Source of the DNA: a virus | Taxonomy: Duplodnaviria > Caudoviricetes | Virus record (IMG/VR): IMGVR_UViG_3300025117_000080 | Coordinates: 1-54,710 of that record | Reading direction: 5' to 3' (one strand) | DNA length: 54,710 bases | Shown: piece by piece, positions 17,276 to 26,347 of the stretch | Layout: each line of letters starts with the position of its first letter | How positions within the stretch are numbered: the stretch's first letter is position 1 | Notes under the pieces: model-generated | Database searches by the model: none | Seen by the model: only the letters and a program-made list of their open reading frames with translations | Told to the model about the DNA's origin: nothing | Made by a program: the position numbers and the translations under genes

Positions 17276-17904
17276 GTTACCCCCCCGATTCTCTTGACAA
17301 GGCTTAGTAGTTCTTCAATAAAAATATCAGCCTCGCCCTCAAGTTCGCGTATCTCTTTTTCGTCCCTACTTACGCGGGTCACAAGCATATTGTCGCCCTT
17401 CAAGCGCCCCTCCAAAAGATCACAATAGACTATAAAGTCGCACCATGCCCGCCCGCTTCGGTTTAATCCCCAAAGAATTTGACGACGGTAATCGGTAGGG
17501 ATCGATTGGCCATCGCAATAGGCAACAAAGGTTGAAGGAATTACGCACTTTATTTCAATCATGCCGTCTTCACCAATCAATCCATCGGGGCTACAGTGCT
17601 TGTGCGGCGCATCGCTGATCAATGCTACTTGCCGGACTTCGCAAAGGTTTTGTAGGCAATAGTGGGTTCTGGCTTTATCCTCAAGTTCAACGCCGTCTTC
17701 CATGTACTTGTTGGTGTATCCGTTCTTTTTGACACCGGAAAGGATTTCTCCGGCCATGTCATAAAGGAGTTGTTTGCGACCCTTGGATTCACCATTACGG
17801 CCCTTGGCGGCTACGGCCGAAATGCTGGAGCCGCCAATCGAGCCGATGCGAAGCAAATCCCATTCAGGCGTCCCTTGCTGTATGCTTTCGATGATTTCAA
17901 TCAT
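17272..17904 (-). CDS. YqaJ/lambda-exonuclease family nuclease
   Basis: QGTPEW..LRIG.IGGS, MEDGVELE, CSPDGL, IEIKC; ATGA overlap with erf. Confidence 0.9.
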   Translation of the reverse strand: MIEIIESIQQGTPEWDLLRIGSIGGSSISAVAAKGRNGESKGRKQLLYDMAGEILSGVKKNGYTNKYMEDGVELEDKARTHYCLQNLCEVRQVALISDAPHKHCSPDGLIGEDGMIEIKCVIPSTFVAYCDGQSIPTDYRRQILWGLNRSGRAWCDFIVYCDLLEGRLKGDNMLVTRVSRDEKEIRELEGEADIFIEELLSLVKRIGGVT

Positions 17905-18665
17905 TTTTTTGCCGCCTCCTTTTTGGCTTTGGCTGCGTTCAAGGCGCCGATGGCTGTCTGATATTTTGTCGATGGTATTTCGTCTACGGCTTCTGCCCCT
18001 ATCCATTTGAGCCATTGGGGAAGAAACTGCGCAAGCTTGTCTCCGTAAACATCGGCCAGCAGATCATCGATTTCCGTTGCCTGATCGGTAGTGATGGTCC
18101 CCGGTTCTTGCCTTGGTGGCGCACCATCGTTGTCCTGATCGTAGGTGGCAAGCCCGGTAAGAGCGAGAAGGGTGTACCTGCACAGGTACGACACCGAAGA
18201 CCCGATAGCTTGAATGGAGTTTTTCCCGCCTGAATCATCTGGAGAGGCGGAAAGGCCTGTGCTCTCTGAGTGGCCGAGTTCGTGCGTGATGGTGCACGTA
18301 ACGGTGATCAGCTTGTCCTTTTGTTCGGTTCGCCATGAGGCATGAAGGCCATGGGCGCTTAGGGCCGAGTTGATTTTCTCGGTAACGTTCGCAAGGGTAG
18401 CGTGATTGTAAGCCGTAGTTCCCTTGCTGGTCTGAAAGCTTACGTGTTTGTCCTTATTGATCTTTGGCGGGTTCTTTTTGAAAGCCGCCATAGCTGCGGT
18501 GTAAGCCTTTTTCGCTTCGTAGGCTTCATTCTCGCGGCGCATATCGAGGTATTTTTGTAGTTGATCCAGTGGGGCCCCTTGCGTGATAGCCAGTTCAAGG
18601 ATGCGCTCATGGATCGGCGCGGTTGCCGGTATGTTGCAATGCGATACTTGCACTTCGTTTTCCAT
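17901..18665 (-). CDS. erf: ERF family single-strand annealing protein
   Basis: TCTITHELGHSE...KNSIQAIGSSVSYLCRYTLLALTGL...DNDG. Confidence 0.9.
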   Translation of the reverse strand: MENEVQVSHCNIPATAPIHERILELAITQGAPLDQLQKYLDMRRENEAYEAKKAYTAAMAAFKKNPPKINKDKHVSFQTSKGTTAYNHATLANVTEKINSALSAHGLHASWRTEQKDKLITVTCTITHELGHSESTGLSASPDDSGGKNSIQAIGSSVSYLCRYTLLALTGLATYDQDNDGAPPRQEPGTITTDQATEIDDLLADVYGDKLAQFLPQWLKWIGAEAVDEIPSTKYQTAIGALNAAKAKKEAAKK

Positions 18666-18928
18666 TATTCCACCTCCTCCATTAAAACTTGTTCTGAAAA
18701 ATCCTTATCCTGAGAGTGAGCCCAGGCTTTCAGCTCTTCCCAGGAGTCGAACTCCTTAGAGATCAATCCCTGTGTGTGAATGTAAATCTTCCAGATTGTT
18801 TTGTGTTCTGGCTCTGAACCACTGAAAACATAATAGTTGAACATCGGATGAATGAAGACCGAAACGCCTCCGAACATATCGCTGATGCACTCTTGCATTG
18901 CTTGGATATCATGATTGGTTACTTGCAT
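18665..18928 (-). CDS. Hypothetical protein
   Basis: TAATG overlap with erf. Confidence 0.65.
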   Translation of the reverse strand: MQVTNHDIQAMQECISDMFGGVSVFIHPMFNYYVFSGSEPEHKTIWKIYIHTQGLISKEFDSWEELKAWAHSQDKDFSEQVLMEEVE

Positions 18929-18981
18929 TTTTCACACCCCCCTGGTACTGTTTTGTTGTTCGTTTTTCTTGGGGGCTTCGA

Positions 18982-19182
18982 TCATTCGCGGTGGTCGGAG
19001 CCCCGTTTCATTGCCTGGATCAATTCGAAGTTGTCGATCATCTGAACCCTACGCTCCATCCTTTCGGCCTTGCGGTTCAGCCAGCGGTCACAGGGGATAA
19101 CGATAGCCGCAAGGATGCCGATGCCGATCACAAGCCTGAACGGTGTCAGGCTGCCGTCTGTGATGCAGGTTAAGAAGTCCAT
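18982..19182 (-). CDS. Small membrane protein
   Basis: RBS GGAGGG; MDFLTC...LVIGIGILAAIVI. Confidence 0.55.
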   Translation of the reverse strand: MDFLTCITDGSLTPFRLVIGIGILAAIVIPCDRWLNRKAERMERRVQMIDNFELIQAMKRGSDHRE

Positions 19183-19538
19183 TACGCCACCCTCCTTATC
19201 CCCGCTCGGATGCGCCGGCATTCGTGCGTTTCTTTCAATTCGTCCTGGGCGTTTTCGACCAGCAGGCGCATATCCGTATTGACCTCAAGGGCTTTGCCGA
19301 ACAGCTTTGACAGTTCAAAACCAAGATCGGATGCGATGGTTTCCAACTCCCGGTCGTAAAGGTCGGGATCGTCGGTGCCCTGCCGCAACTGCTTGGCGAT
19401 GGCGTCAATTTCTCCGATGAGGCATGTCACCGCCCCGAGCTTTCTGTCAATTTGTTCCAGGGGGCTGCCTGTTGCTATCGCCGCACAAGGGCCCCCAAGG
19501 AACTCGGGTCGGTCTTTGTCTATGAATTTTTCGCACAT
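19182..19538 (-). CDS. Hypothetical coiled-coil protein
   Basis: RBS GGAGGG. Confidence 0.6.
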   Translation of the reverse strand: MCEKFIDKDRPEFLGGPCAAIATGSPLEQIDRKLGAVTCLIGEIDAIAKQLRQGTDDPDLYDRELETIASDLGFELSKLFGKALEVNTDMRLLVENAQDELKETHECRRIRAGIRRVA

Positions 19539-19546
19539 AATCCCTC

Positions 19547-19741
19547 CTATCCTACCCGGTAAGTTTTCCCCCCGCGCTTGAACTCCAGCGGGGCGCGCTT
19601 GGCCTTCTTCTTTTGCCCCTGGTCCTCGTTGATCAGGGTGTTGATCTCTTCCTGAATCAAACGCATCCCCTTGATGTGGGCTTCGATCTTTGCGTTTAGG
19701 GTTTTGAGTTTTTGAGTATTTTCTGACATTTGCGCAACCAA
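19547..19741 (-). CDS. Small basic hypothetical protein
   Basis: Coiled coil plus K/R-rich tail. Confidence 0.55.
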   Translation of the reverse strand: MVAQMSENTQKLKTLNAKIEAHIKGMRLIQEEINTLINEDQGQKKKAKRAPLEFKRGGKTYRVG

Positions 19742-19768
19742 TTATTTAATAATTCATTTTAACAATTT

Positions 19769-19984
19769 TTAAGAGGACAGATCATCCAGGTTTTGAGAAA
19801 GCTTTCTCCAGGCCAGGGGGTTCTTGAAAAATTCACGACTGATTTTCTCCCTGATGGCCTCGTCAACGAACTCAGACTTATTGGTGATTTCCATGATGGA
19901 CATAAATTTTTCCAAAACCTCAATCGTTGTTGATCGGATGTTGACGCTCATTCCCTCTTTGCCGATTTCTCCTTTCTTTGCCAT
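19769..19984 (-). CDS. RHH (CopG-like) regulator
   Basis: MSVNIRS...NKSEFVDEAIREKI; directly after cro. Confidence 0.65.
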   Translation of the reverse strand: MAKKGEIGKEGMSVNIRSTTIEVLEKFMSIMEITNKSEFVDEAIREKISREFFKNPLAWRKLSQNLDDLSS

Positions 19985-19985
19985 G

Positions 19986-20216
19986 TTACCCCTCCGTGAG
20001 TTCGTGCAACCGGAAGAACCGCTGCTTGATGGAAATGGGCTTGGCTCTGAGGAGTTGATCGACTTCCCAATCCAGAATCTTCGCCAGCTTTACCGCGTTC
20101 TCGGCGGTCATCCTTTTAACGTCCGCTTTCCCGTTGAGGGCGCGGTTCAGAATGTCCCGACTGATTTGATATTTCGTTGCAATTTCGGACTGTTTCACAA
20201 AATCACCCCCTTTCAT
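19986..20216 (-). CDS. cro: Cro-like HTH repressor
   Basis: KQSEIATKYQISRDILNRALNG; divergent from cI. Confidence 0.75.
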   Translation of the reverse strand: MKGGDFVKQSEIATKYQISRDILNRALNGKADVKRMTAENAVKLAKILDWEVDQLLRAKPISIKQRFFRLHELTEG

Positions 20217-20279
20217 TGGTTACGAATATATTCGGCGTTTGCGTTTATGTCAATACTAATTTGCGGGGAGGGCTAAAAA

Positions 20280-20771
20280 ATGAGTTTGTCAATGCAAAAT
20301 ATGTTTGTTAATGAAGGAAACATGCCGAAAGAATTAGACTATTCAAAGATCATCTATGACAGGTTCTCAGACCTGCGCCGCCGCAGAGATCCACGGTCTC
20401 AGAAAGACCTTGCAGACGTGCTCGAAATCCACGACACTCAGCTATCACGAATGCTGAGAGGGGAAGGAGGCTGGACAGTTGAGCGATATGTGGCCGCACT
20501 TAATTATCTGGATATTGATCCGCACACCGTATTTTGCCCCCGTAGCAAAACTACATCGCATGGAGGCGATGAAACCACGGCTCTCATACTATCCATACTG
20601 AATAATCTTGGTGCCCCTGAGACAGTCCTTTCCTTGCTCCGCATGATTAAAGAGGTGCATGAGCAGCGCGGCGACATCGACATTATCCTTGATGCCGTCC
20701 GCGCAGTTCACAAGGCGGCAGTTCCCGAAAAAAAATTGTCGGCGGTTCCCACCAAAAAGTCATCCCGATAG
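20280..20771 (+). CDS. cI: CI-like XRE HTH repressor (no peptidase S24 domain)
   Basis: SQKDLADVLEIHDTQLSRMLRGE; upstream of int. Confidence 0.78.
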   Translation: MSLSMQNMFVNEGNMPKELDYSKIIYDRFSDLRRRRDPRSQKDLADVLEIHDTQLSRMLRGEGGWTVERYVAALNYLDIDPHTVFCPRSKTTSHGGDETTALILSILNNLGAPETVLSLLRMIKEVHEQRGDIDIILDAVRAVHKAAVPEKKLSAVPTKKSSR

Positions 20772-20782
20772 GATACCGTGAG

Positions 20783-21052
20783 TTGGTAGTTGCTATGAAC
20801 GGGGAAATCCTCTCCATGACCCAATGTGGAGTTTTCAGGGGAACCGTCGAACCAAATCGAAACGTGATCGGGATGAACTTTGGGACACTGATACATTATG
20901 GGCATGATAAGTGGCGGATTTGGTCCGAACGGATAGAGCGAGGCGAGACAGCCCATGGGCATATCTACTGCAAGCGGTTCGATAGGTGGCTTCCGGTGAT
21001 CGTGGGACCGCACAAGAAGGGGGCTTTGGTGCGGGTTTATGATAGGGGTTGA
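20783..21052 (+). CDS. Hypothetical protein between repressor and integrase
   Basis: Fills the gap exactly; abuts int. Confidence 0.5.
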   Translation: MVVAMNGEILSMTQCGVFRGTVEPNRNVIGMNFGTLIHYGHDKWRIWSERIERGETAHGHIYCKRFDRWLPVIVGPHKKGALVRVYDRG

Positions 21053-22081
21053 GTGATGGGGGTCCACCAGACACCCGATGGCCGATGGTATATTTGGTAT
21101 CGGGATCGGGAAACAGGGAAGGGCAAGAAAGAGTATTTCGGCCATGGCCTGCAAGCCGAAGCTTCAGCCCGTAATCGGTTTAGTGACCTTGGAATCAGAG
21201 GTTACAGCAAGGGAGAACGACCATCAGTTCCTACCTTTATAGAGGTCGTCAAGGCATACCTTTCGGATAAGGCCGAGTCGCTGTCGAGTTCCACTGTCGC
21301 CGGGATGGTTCCAAAGATCAACGCGATATACATTCCAGAGTTTGGTCGTCTGGCCGCAACCAGCCTTGATGAAAACCGACTTAGGCAATTCATCGACAAA
21401 CGAGTTAAGACGGTCAAGCGAACCACAGTCCATAGGGAGTTATCCGATATTCGGGCGATCCTGAATTGGGCGGTCAAGAAAAAGATCCTCATCCACAACC
21501 CCATGGTTGGGTTGACCTTCCCACGGAGAGATGACGAGCGCATACGACCCCCCTCAGCCGGTGAAATCAGGGCTATCATGGAGCATGCCCAGGAGCACTT
21601 GAGGCGATCCATTATAATAGGGTGGTATTGTGGGTTGAGAATGGGCGAGGAGTTGTTTTCCCGTAAATGGTCTGATGTCGATTGGGAGGCGAGGACTATC
21701 TATATTATATCAGCCGAGAAGGGCGGTCTGGACACAAGGCGGGTTCCTTTAGCCAATGAGCTATGTTCCGTTATGCTCCGCTGGTATGCCAACGATGGGG
21801 AAAATGACCGCTTGCCAATCATCCATTGGCGTGGTAAACGCATCGCAAAAATCAAGACCGCTTGGCGCAAGGCGCTGACCAAAGCGGGGATAACGAGACG
21901 GATTCGCCCTTATGATCTACGTCATTCGTTCTGTAGCGACTTACTTGACAGTGGGGTTGATCCTCAGACGGTCGGAAACATCGCGGGCCACAAGGACAAG
22001 AGCACGACGCTCTATGTTTACCACCACACCACAAGCGAAGGACAACGTAAGGCGGTCGAGCATCGTCGGTCTATTTTGTAG
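21053..22081 (+). CDS. int: Tyrosine integrase
   Basis: GLRMGE (R), K, YDLRH (HxxR variant), AGH, catalytic Y in YVYHH. Confidence 0.95.
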   Translation: MMGVHQTPDGRWYIWYRDRETGKGKKEYFGHGLQAEASARNRFSDLGIRGYSKGERPSVPTFIEVVKAYLSDKAESLSSSTVAGMVPKINAIYIPEFGRLAATSLDENRLRQFIDKRVKTVKRTTVHRELSDIRAILNWAVKKKILIHNPMVGLTFPRRDDERIRPPSAGEIRAIMEHAQEHLRRSIIIGWYCGLRMGEELFSRKWSDVDWEARTIYIISAEKGGLDTRRVPLANELCSVMLRWYANDGENDRLPIIHWRGKRIAKIKTAWRKALTKAGITRRIRPYDLRHSFCSDLLDSGVDPQTVGNIAGHKDKSTTLYVYHHTTSEGQRKAVEHRRSIL

Positions 22082-22124
22082 GGTGCAAAACGCCCCCCAA
22101 AACTAAGGGGCTGAAAAACTCAAT

Positions 22125-22163
22125 CGGGACATGGCTCAGTCTGGTAGAGCACAGCGTTCGGGA
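22125..22163 (+). tRNA. 5' half of tRNA-Pro(CGG), putative attP core
   Basis: CGGGACA TG GCTC AGTCTGGTA GAGC A CAGCG TTCGGGA: acceptor 5' strand, D arm and anticodon loop, then similarity stops; 43 nt after int stop. Confidence 0.85.
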
Positions 22164-22247
22164 GGTTAGGTTTTACCTCTAAAAATCCTCAGTAAAAACA
22201 GCGCGATATAGTAAGTTAGAAAAATTGGGTTTGGGGTGATGAACCCC

Positions 22248-22281
22248 AGAAGGGCGGTTGCCAAAAAGCACCGCCCTTTTT
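22248..22281. terminator. Terminator between convergent operons
   Basis: AAGGGCGG/CCGCCCTT hairpin with TTTTT. Confidence 0.75.
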
Positions 22282-22305
22282 GCGTAGGCCACTGGTAGGC
22301 CCCTT

Positions 22306-22479
22306 TCATTCCTCGCACTCAACCGGCATCTCAACCTGATGCCCACAAGACTTCTTGCCGCACCTTAAAACGATCCTCTTGGGACGGTCTATAATCAGGA
22401 TTTGATGCAGCCAGAAGCCGCACTTTTCGCACTCTAATTGCATTGGGTGGTGCTCGTATAGGACTTCGATTTTAGCCAT
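22306..22479 (-). CDS. 57-aa Zn-ribbon protein
   Basis: Not in ORF track; CEKCG...CGKKSCGH. Confidence 0.6.
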   Translation of the reverse strand: MAKIEVLYEHHPMQLECEKCGFWLHQILIIDRPKRIVLRCGKKSCGHQVEMPVECEE

Positions 22480-22493
22480 CGCAGAATCCCGTC

Positions 22494-23501
22494 CTACCCA
22501 TTATATGCCTTGCCCTTGATTATCTTGAAGTTATGGACAAGGAATCCGTCCTCTTGAAGATTCTCAACCATTCCAAAGCCGTGGTTCCACTTATTGATTG
22601 GGGCATAGTCTGGATGCAGATCGCACGCGCAACCGATGGACCAAGTTCCAATGGTCTTGCCGTCCATGTCTGTTTCTGAATGCCCTGACGTTCTGTGCCA
22701 ATGGGCGCACATGCAATGCGCCTTTCCTCTGTTATAGACCCCTCTTGCCGGGTTTACTGGGTCGGAGAACATCCTTCCGAACTCATGCCCATGGATAAGG
22801 TTTAAGCTGTCTATTTTTATTATTCTGCGCTCTTGGATTAATTCGATGTCGTGCTTTTTGAAGTGTAAGAAGTTTTCATAGTTGAAGTCCGGGACTTCAA
22901 GCAACTCTGGAGCTTTTACCCATAACCACCTTTCGTATCGTTCGTCGTGATTGCCTTGCTTGACTCTTATTTTTATTCCGCTAAACCCTGCCCTTATTGA
23001 TTCAAGAATTGACCTTGCAGCCTGTATCTCCCCCCACAAGTCCCGCTTGCGTGGGTCTGTTTCCCATCGGCTTGAGGCATAAAAATCAACAAAATCTCCA
23101 AGGATAAGTATGCCGTCAACGCCTTGCTTGTATCCGTACTCAAGGGCTACCGTTAGAGCTTCTTTGCTGTGGTATGGGGCGTGGATATCACCTATTATGA
23201 GCGTTTTTGATTCTGTGAGATTGATCGGAAGCCATTCGTCAAAATGCCGTATGCCCTCTGGCATTGATTCAAATGGATTTGTTCTACCTGTATCCTTAAA
23301 AAACTCTTCTGAAGCTATATTTTTTTTTAGCGCTGACCCTCTTTGACCTCTTAAATATCTTATAATTTGGCGTACATTTTCTATATTAGAAAACGCCGAT
23401 GGTTCTTTTTTATAAATTAGTTTTGATAGTGTGAGGGAAGGGGTGTCTGGGTAAAGTTTAAGATACCCCCTAACGATTTCATTTTTTACTGTGGCAGGCA
23501 C
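22494..23501 (-). CDS. Calcineurin-like metallophosphoesterase with N-terminal HTH-like region
   Basis: GDIHAP, LGDFVD, GNHD, IHGHE, AHWH; GTG start with GGAAGG RBS. Confidence 0.88.
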   Translation of the reverse strand: MPATVKNEIVRGYLKLYPDTPSLTLSKLIYKKEPSAFSNIENVRQIIRYLRGQRGSALKKNIASEEFFKDTGRTNPFESMPEGIRHFDEWLPINLTESKTLIIGDIHAPYHSKEALTVALEYGYKQGVDGILILGDFVDFYASSRWETDPRKRDLWGEIQAARSILESIRAGFSGIKIRVKQGNHDERYERWLWVKAPELLEVPDFNYENFLHFKKHDIELIQERRIIKIDSLNLIHGHEFGRMFSDPVNPARGVYNRGKAHCMCAHWHRTSGHSETDMDGKTIGTWSIGCACDLHPDYAPINKWNHGFGMVENLQEDGFLVHNFKIIKGKAYNG

Positions 23502-23524
23502 TATAAACCTTCCGTATGGGTTAA

Positions 23525-23980
23525 CTACCTCATGGCCCCGACGAAAGCTTCGGCCACGGAACGCACAGCTTCGGGAGCGAACTGCCGCATCCACTCCATG
23601 TCAACTTCTTCTGCTGAAAGCGGCATGGGGATATTCAGCAGGGCAGAAAGGTCTTTCGCATCGGCAAGTAGCAAATCCGAGTTTTTCACGTCCTCGTCCA
23701 TGAGCATCTGGCTCAAAATAGCCTCCACGCTCACCAGATATGGCTCACCTGTGGCTTTCTGGATGGAGTCATAGGCTACCACTACCGTCTTAGCCAGCGC
23801 CGGATTATTGGCCGCTACGTGCGCCCCTGCGTGCCTGGCTATGATTCTTGCGGCCATAAGTTTGTTATCCTGTGGCGTGGCGCACCCATTGAACGCGAAT
23901 ACGCAGCAAAATGCTACTAAACACAGCCCCATGATGGCTACGATTAGAGCTGTGATCGCCCTACCTGAATTACTGGACAT
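23525..23980 (-). CDS. Putative lipoprotein/membrane protein (lysis region)
   Basis: Long hydrophobic N-terminus ending FNGC. Confidence 0.65.
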   Translation of the reverse strand: MSSNSGRAITALIVAIMGLCLVAFCCVFAFNGCATPQDNKLMAARIIARHAGAHVAANNPALAKTVVVAYDSIQKATGEPYLVSVEAILSQMLMDEDVKNSDLLLADAKDLSALLNIPMPLSAEEVDMEWMRQFAPEAVRSVAEAFVGAMR

Positions 23981-24179
23981 TGGGCTCCTCCTCTTTGGTT
24001 TCTTCTTTAGGTGTTGACCTGGCCTTGTTCAGAGCCAGCGTTGCAACAGCGATAAGCAACGTCTTGGCCTCTCCGGTCATGTCGGTCAAGTACCAAAAGC
24101 CGATACCGAAAGCCGTAGTTATGGCCATGAAAACCAGCCTTACGCCGTGATCGTTCCAAAACTTAGAAAGCCATTGCAT
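23970..24179 (-). CDS. Putative holin (2 TM, charged tail)
   Basis: 69 aa, two hydrophobic helices, charged C-terminus; RBS AAGGAGG. Confidence 0.55.
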   Translation of the reverse strand: MQWLSKFWNDHGVRLVFMAITTAFGIGFWYLTDMTGEAKTLLIAVATLALNKARSTPKEETKEEEPNVQ

Positions 24180-24188
24180 AGAACCTCC

Positions 24189-24317
24189 TTATTCCCACAT
24201 GTGTCTGAACCACTTATGATAAAAGTTTAACGAACCAAGACTCATATCAAAGAATACGCGAATATCAGATTCTTCGTCTTCATTCCACCATGGCCTATTT
24301 CGCGGGTTGTATCTCAT
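24189..24317 (-). CDS. 42-aa hypothetical protein
   Basis: Not in ORF track; ATGA overlap; MRYNPRNRPWW... Confidence 0.45.
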   Translation of the reverse strand: MRYNPRNRPWWNEDEESDIRVFFDMSLGSLNFYHKWFRHMWE

Positions 24318-24532
24318 CCCATCTTCCTAATACGTTTTTCGACATTGAAAAGTGTTTGTTCTCTGTCCTGTATGTCACGCAGTACTTGGGCCACAAGTTC
24401 CGGCTTTTTGTTCTCTGCCCTGAGAGTTGAAAGTACCATGTGAAATGGTGCGATCTGCCTCTTTAGATATGCCGCTTTCAGTTTCAGTTTGTTGATCTTG
24501 CTGTTTCTGAAGTATCCGACAAGCGGGAACAT
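24314..24532 (-). CDS. Hypothetical coiled-coil protein
   Basis: RBS AAGGAGG. Confidence 0.6.
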   Translation of the reverse strand: MFPLVGYFRNSKINKLKLKAAYLKRQIAPFHMVLSTLRAENKKPELVAQVLRDIQDREQTLFNVEKRIRKMG

Positions 24533-24545
24533 AGGGCCTCCTTAT

Positions 24546-24926
24546 TTAATCATTGTCCTTTTCGCCATCCCACTCAATACGCTCTGGTATTGTTTTTTTT
24601 GATTCTGGAAAGTGACTTCCCGTCTTTCTCTCTTTAAGATAAATTTTACCGTCTTTTGCGGAGTAGATATATTTGGTCGCGCTTCCAGGTGGTCTCCCGC
24701 CCTCTGGATACATATACTGAGATGAGCAAATTTGAGTTACTTCAAGAGTGCCGTCATCATTAAGAGTTACATCGGTGAACAAGCAGTTATCGCCCCAAGG
24801 AAATGGGTCATGGTGTGTAGTAGTTGGGAACATTGGAAGGTACGTAATCCCGTCATCGGCTCTTGTTCCTGAAGACGCACCGAATAGGACTATAAAAAAC
24901 AAGGGTACATAAAATAGGTTTTTCAT
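24546..24926 (-). CDS. Secreted hypothetical protein
   Basis: Signal peptide MKNLFYVPLFFIVLFGASSGTRA. Confidence 0.65.
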   Translation of the reverse strand: MKNLFYVPLFFIVLFGASSGTRADDGITYLPMFPTTTHHDPFPWGDNCLFTDVTLNDDGTLEVTQICSSQYMYPEGGRPPGSATKYIYSAKDGKIYLKERKTGSHFPESKKTIPERIEWDGEKDND

Positions 24927-24942
24927 TTCATCGCCTCGCAAT

Positions 24943-25167
24943 CTAAGCAGAGTACCAATCTTTCTGGTCCGTAGCATCCTCCTCCGGTTCCTGGTAGGTC
25001 TCCGGGGCCTGGTAGGTCGAGCGCGAGATAGCAGCATTTTTTCTCAACAGGGGGCAACTCTCGCTTTTGGTGTCTGGGTGGTGACATACGCAACCCCTTC
25101 CGGCTTTGTCGAAGTTCCAGCCGTAATACTTGCAATTCGGTATCGCGCATCCGTTGCCCTGTGCCAT
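24943..25167 (-). CDS. Small Cys-rich protein (alternative frame 24923..25171)
   Basis: C..C...C.C.H...CPL; frame ambiguous. Confidence 0.4.
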   Translation of the reverse strand: MAQGNGCAIPNCKYYGWNFDKAGRGCVCHHPDTKSESCPLLRKNAAISRSTYQAPETYQEPEEDATDQKDWYSA

Positions 25168-25494
25168 TCACGGTCCGCTTGGAAGCCTGATAGCTTCCAC
25201 GATTTTAACAATTCCCATCTTTCCGATGTAGATTATGCCGCCCATGACCGACACAACCATGAATGTTACGATGGCGAGGCCCAGCTTTTCCCCGCGCTTT
25301 TTGTATCTGGAGATGAAACGGTTGTTCTCCCGCAAGATCTCGATGCCGGCAGAATAACCAAGGTTGCCGCCCACGTCCTTGACCATGCCCATCAAGTGAC
25401 CAAGCTCTTCCTGCGCCTCATGTGGAAGGTTGCAATGGCATTGGCCTTTTACTGCCGCTGCGATTCGTTCAATATCCGTTTCTGTGAGTGCCAT
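25168..25494 (-). CDS. Membrane protein with C-terminal TM (holin/antiholin-like)
   Basis: Soluble N-terminus plus one long hydrophobic segment. Confidence 0.6.
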   Translation of the reverse strand: MALTETDIERIAAAVKGQCHCNLPHEAQEELGHLMGMVKDVGGNLGYSAGIEILRENNRFISRYKKRGEKLGLAIVTFMVVSVMGGIIYIGKMGIVKIVEAIRLPSGP

Positions 25495-25642
25495 CGGTTA
25501 TTCCCTGTAAAAAAGTTCATATAAGTTGTGAATCTGATTACATACATATCCCCAAGCCGTGGGGGCTATTACCGATAAACGCTCAACATATTGACGGCAC
25601 GCTCTTTGCTTTGGAGTCTTTAACCCAAACCGGAGGAAAGAC

Positions 25643-26347
25643 ATGCTTTCAGAGGCGATCAAGGCTAGGCCCCGTTTGTACGATGCCATCAACTTTTTCC
25701 GACCACTGCAATCATCCACGGAGGCGTGGCTGGATAAATTCGCCCGGGACCATAGGGCTGTTAGGTTCATCCAGATTGGAGCCTCAGACGGGCTGCGGTG
25801 GGATTCCATGCGCCGTTTTATCGTCCGGTACGGATGGAGCGGGGTTCTTGTCGAACCGCTTCCCCAGGTATATGAAATGCTCCGTGCCAACTATGCGTAC
25901 CTCAAAAGGGACCTAGTTTTCATCAACGCAGCCGTGTCCGACAGGCAGGGATGTATTGACTTTTGGTGCGCGTCCAAAGACTTTTGCTCTATCCTGCCAG
26001 TGGAAAGGCAGTTATTCCTTCTCAGACAATCATCGCTTGACCGCGACTTCGTTTGTCGTAGGGTCGGAAGCCCTGATAGGATAGAGTGCTGCTCGGTTCC
26101 GTGCGTGACCGTCAACGAGATTGCCGACCAACACATGCCCAGCGGAGTGGATCTTCTGTTTATCGACGCCGAAGGGCATGATGCCGATATCATCCGTTCG
26201 ATTGATTTTTCTCGGTTAAAACCTGCCATAGTTTACGAGTCCCATAATCTCGGTCCCAAAAAGGCCCCTCTTCGTTCTTTTCTTGAGTCCCACGGATACG
26301 CCGTTTCTGATCTCGACGGTGATTCCGTGGCTACTTGTAAAACGTAG
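25643..26347 (+). CDS. FkbM family SAM methyltransferase
   Basis: QIGASDG, GVLVEP, NAAVSD, DLLFIDAEGHD, IVYES; RBS GGAGG; antisense to neighbours. Confidence 0.9.
   Translation: MLSEAIKARPRLYDAINFFRPLQSSTEAWLDKFARDHRAVRFIQIGASDGLRWDSMRRFIVRYGWSGVLVEPLPQVYEMLRANYAYLKRDLVFINAAVSDRQGCIDFWCASKDFCSILPVERQLFLLRQSSLDRDFVCRRVGSPDRIECCSVPCVTVNEIADQHMPSGVDLLFIDAEGHDADIIRSIDFSRLKPAIVYESHNLGPKKAPLRSFLESHGYAVSDLDGDSVATCKT

Noticed and set aside
22125-22210. Complete or intron-split tRNA gene
   Set aside because: No 3' anticodon strand, T arm or acceptor 3' strand seen downstream
25498-25650. RQYVERL segment as remnant of a lytic transglycosylase disrupted by FkbM
   Set aside because: Resemblance too short; no catalytic motifs visible
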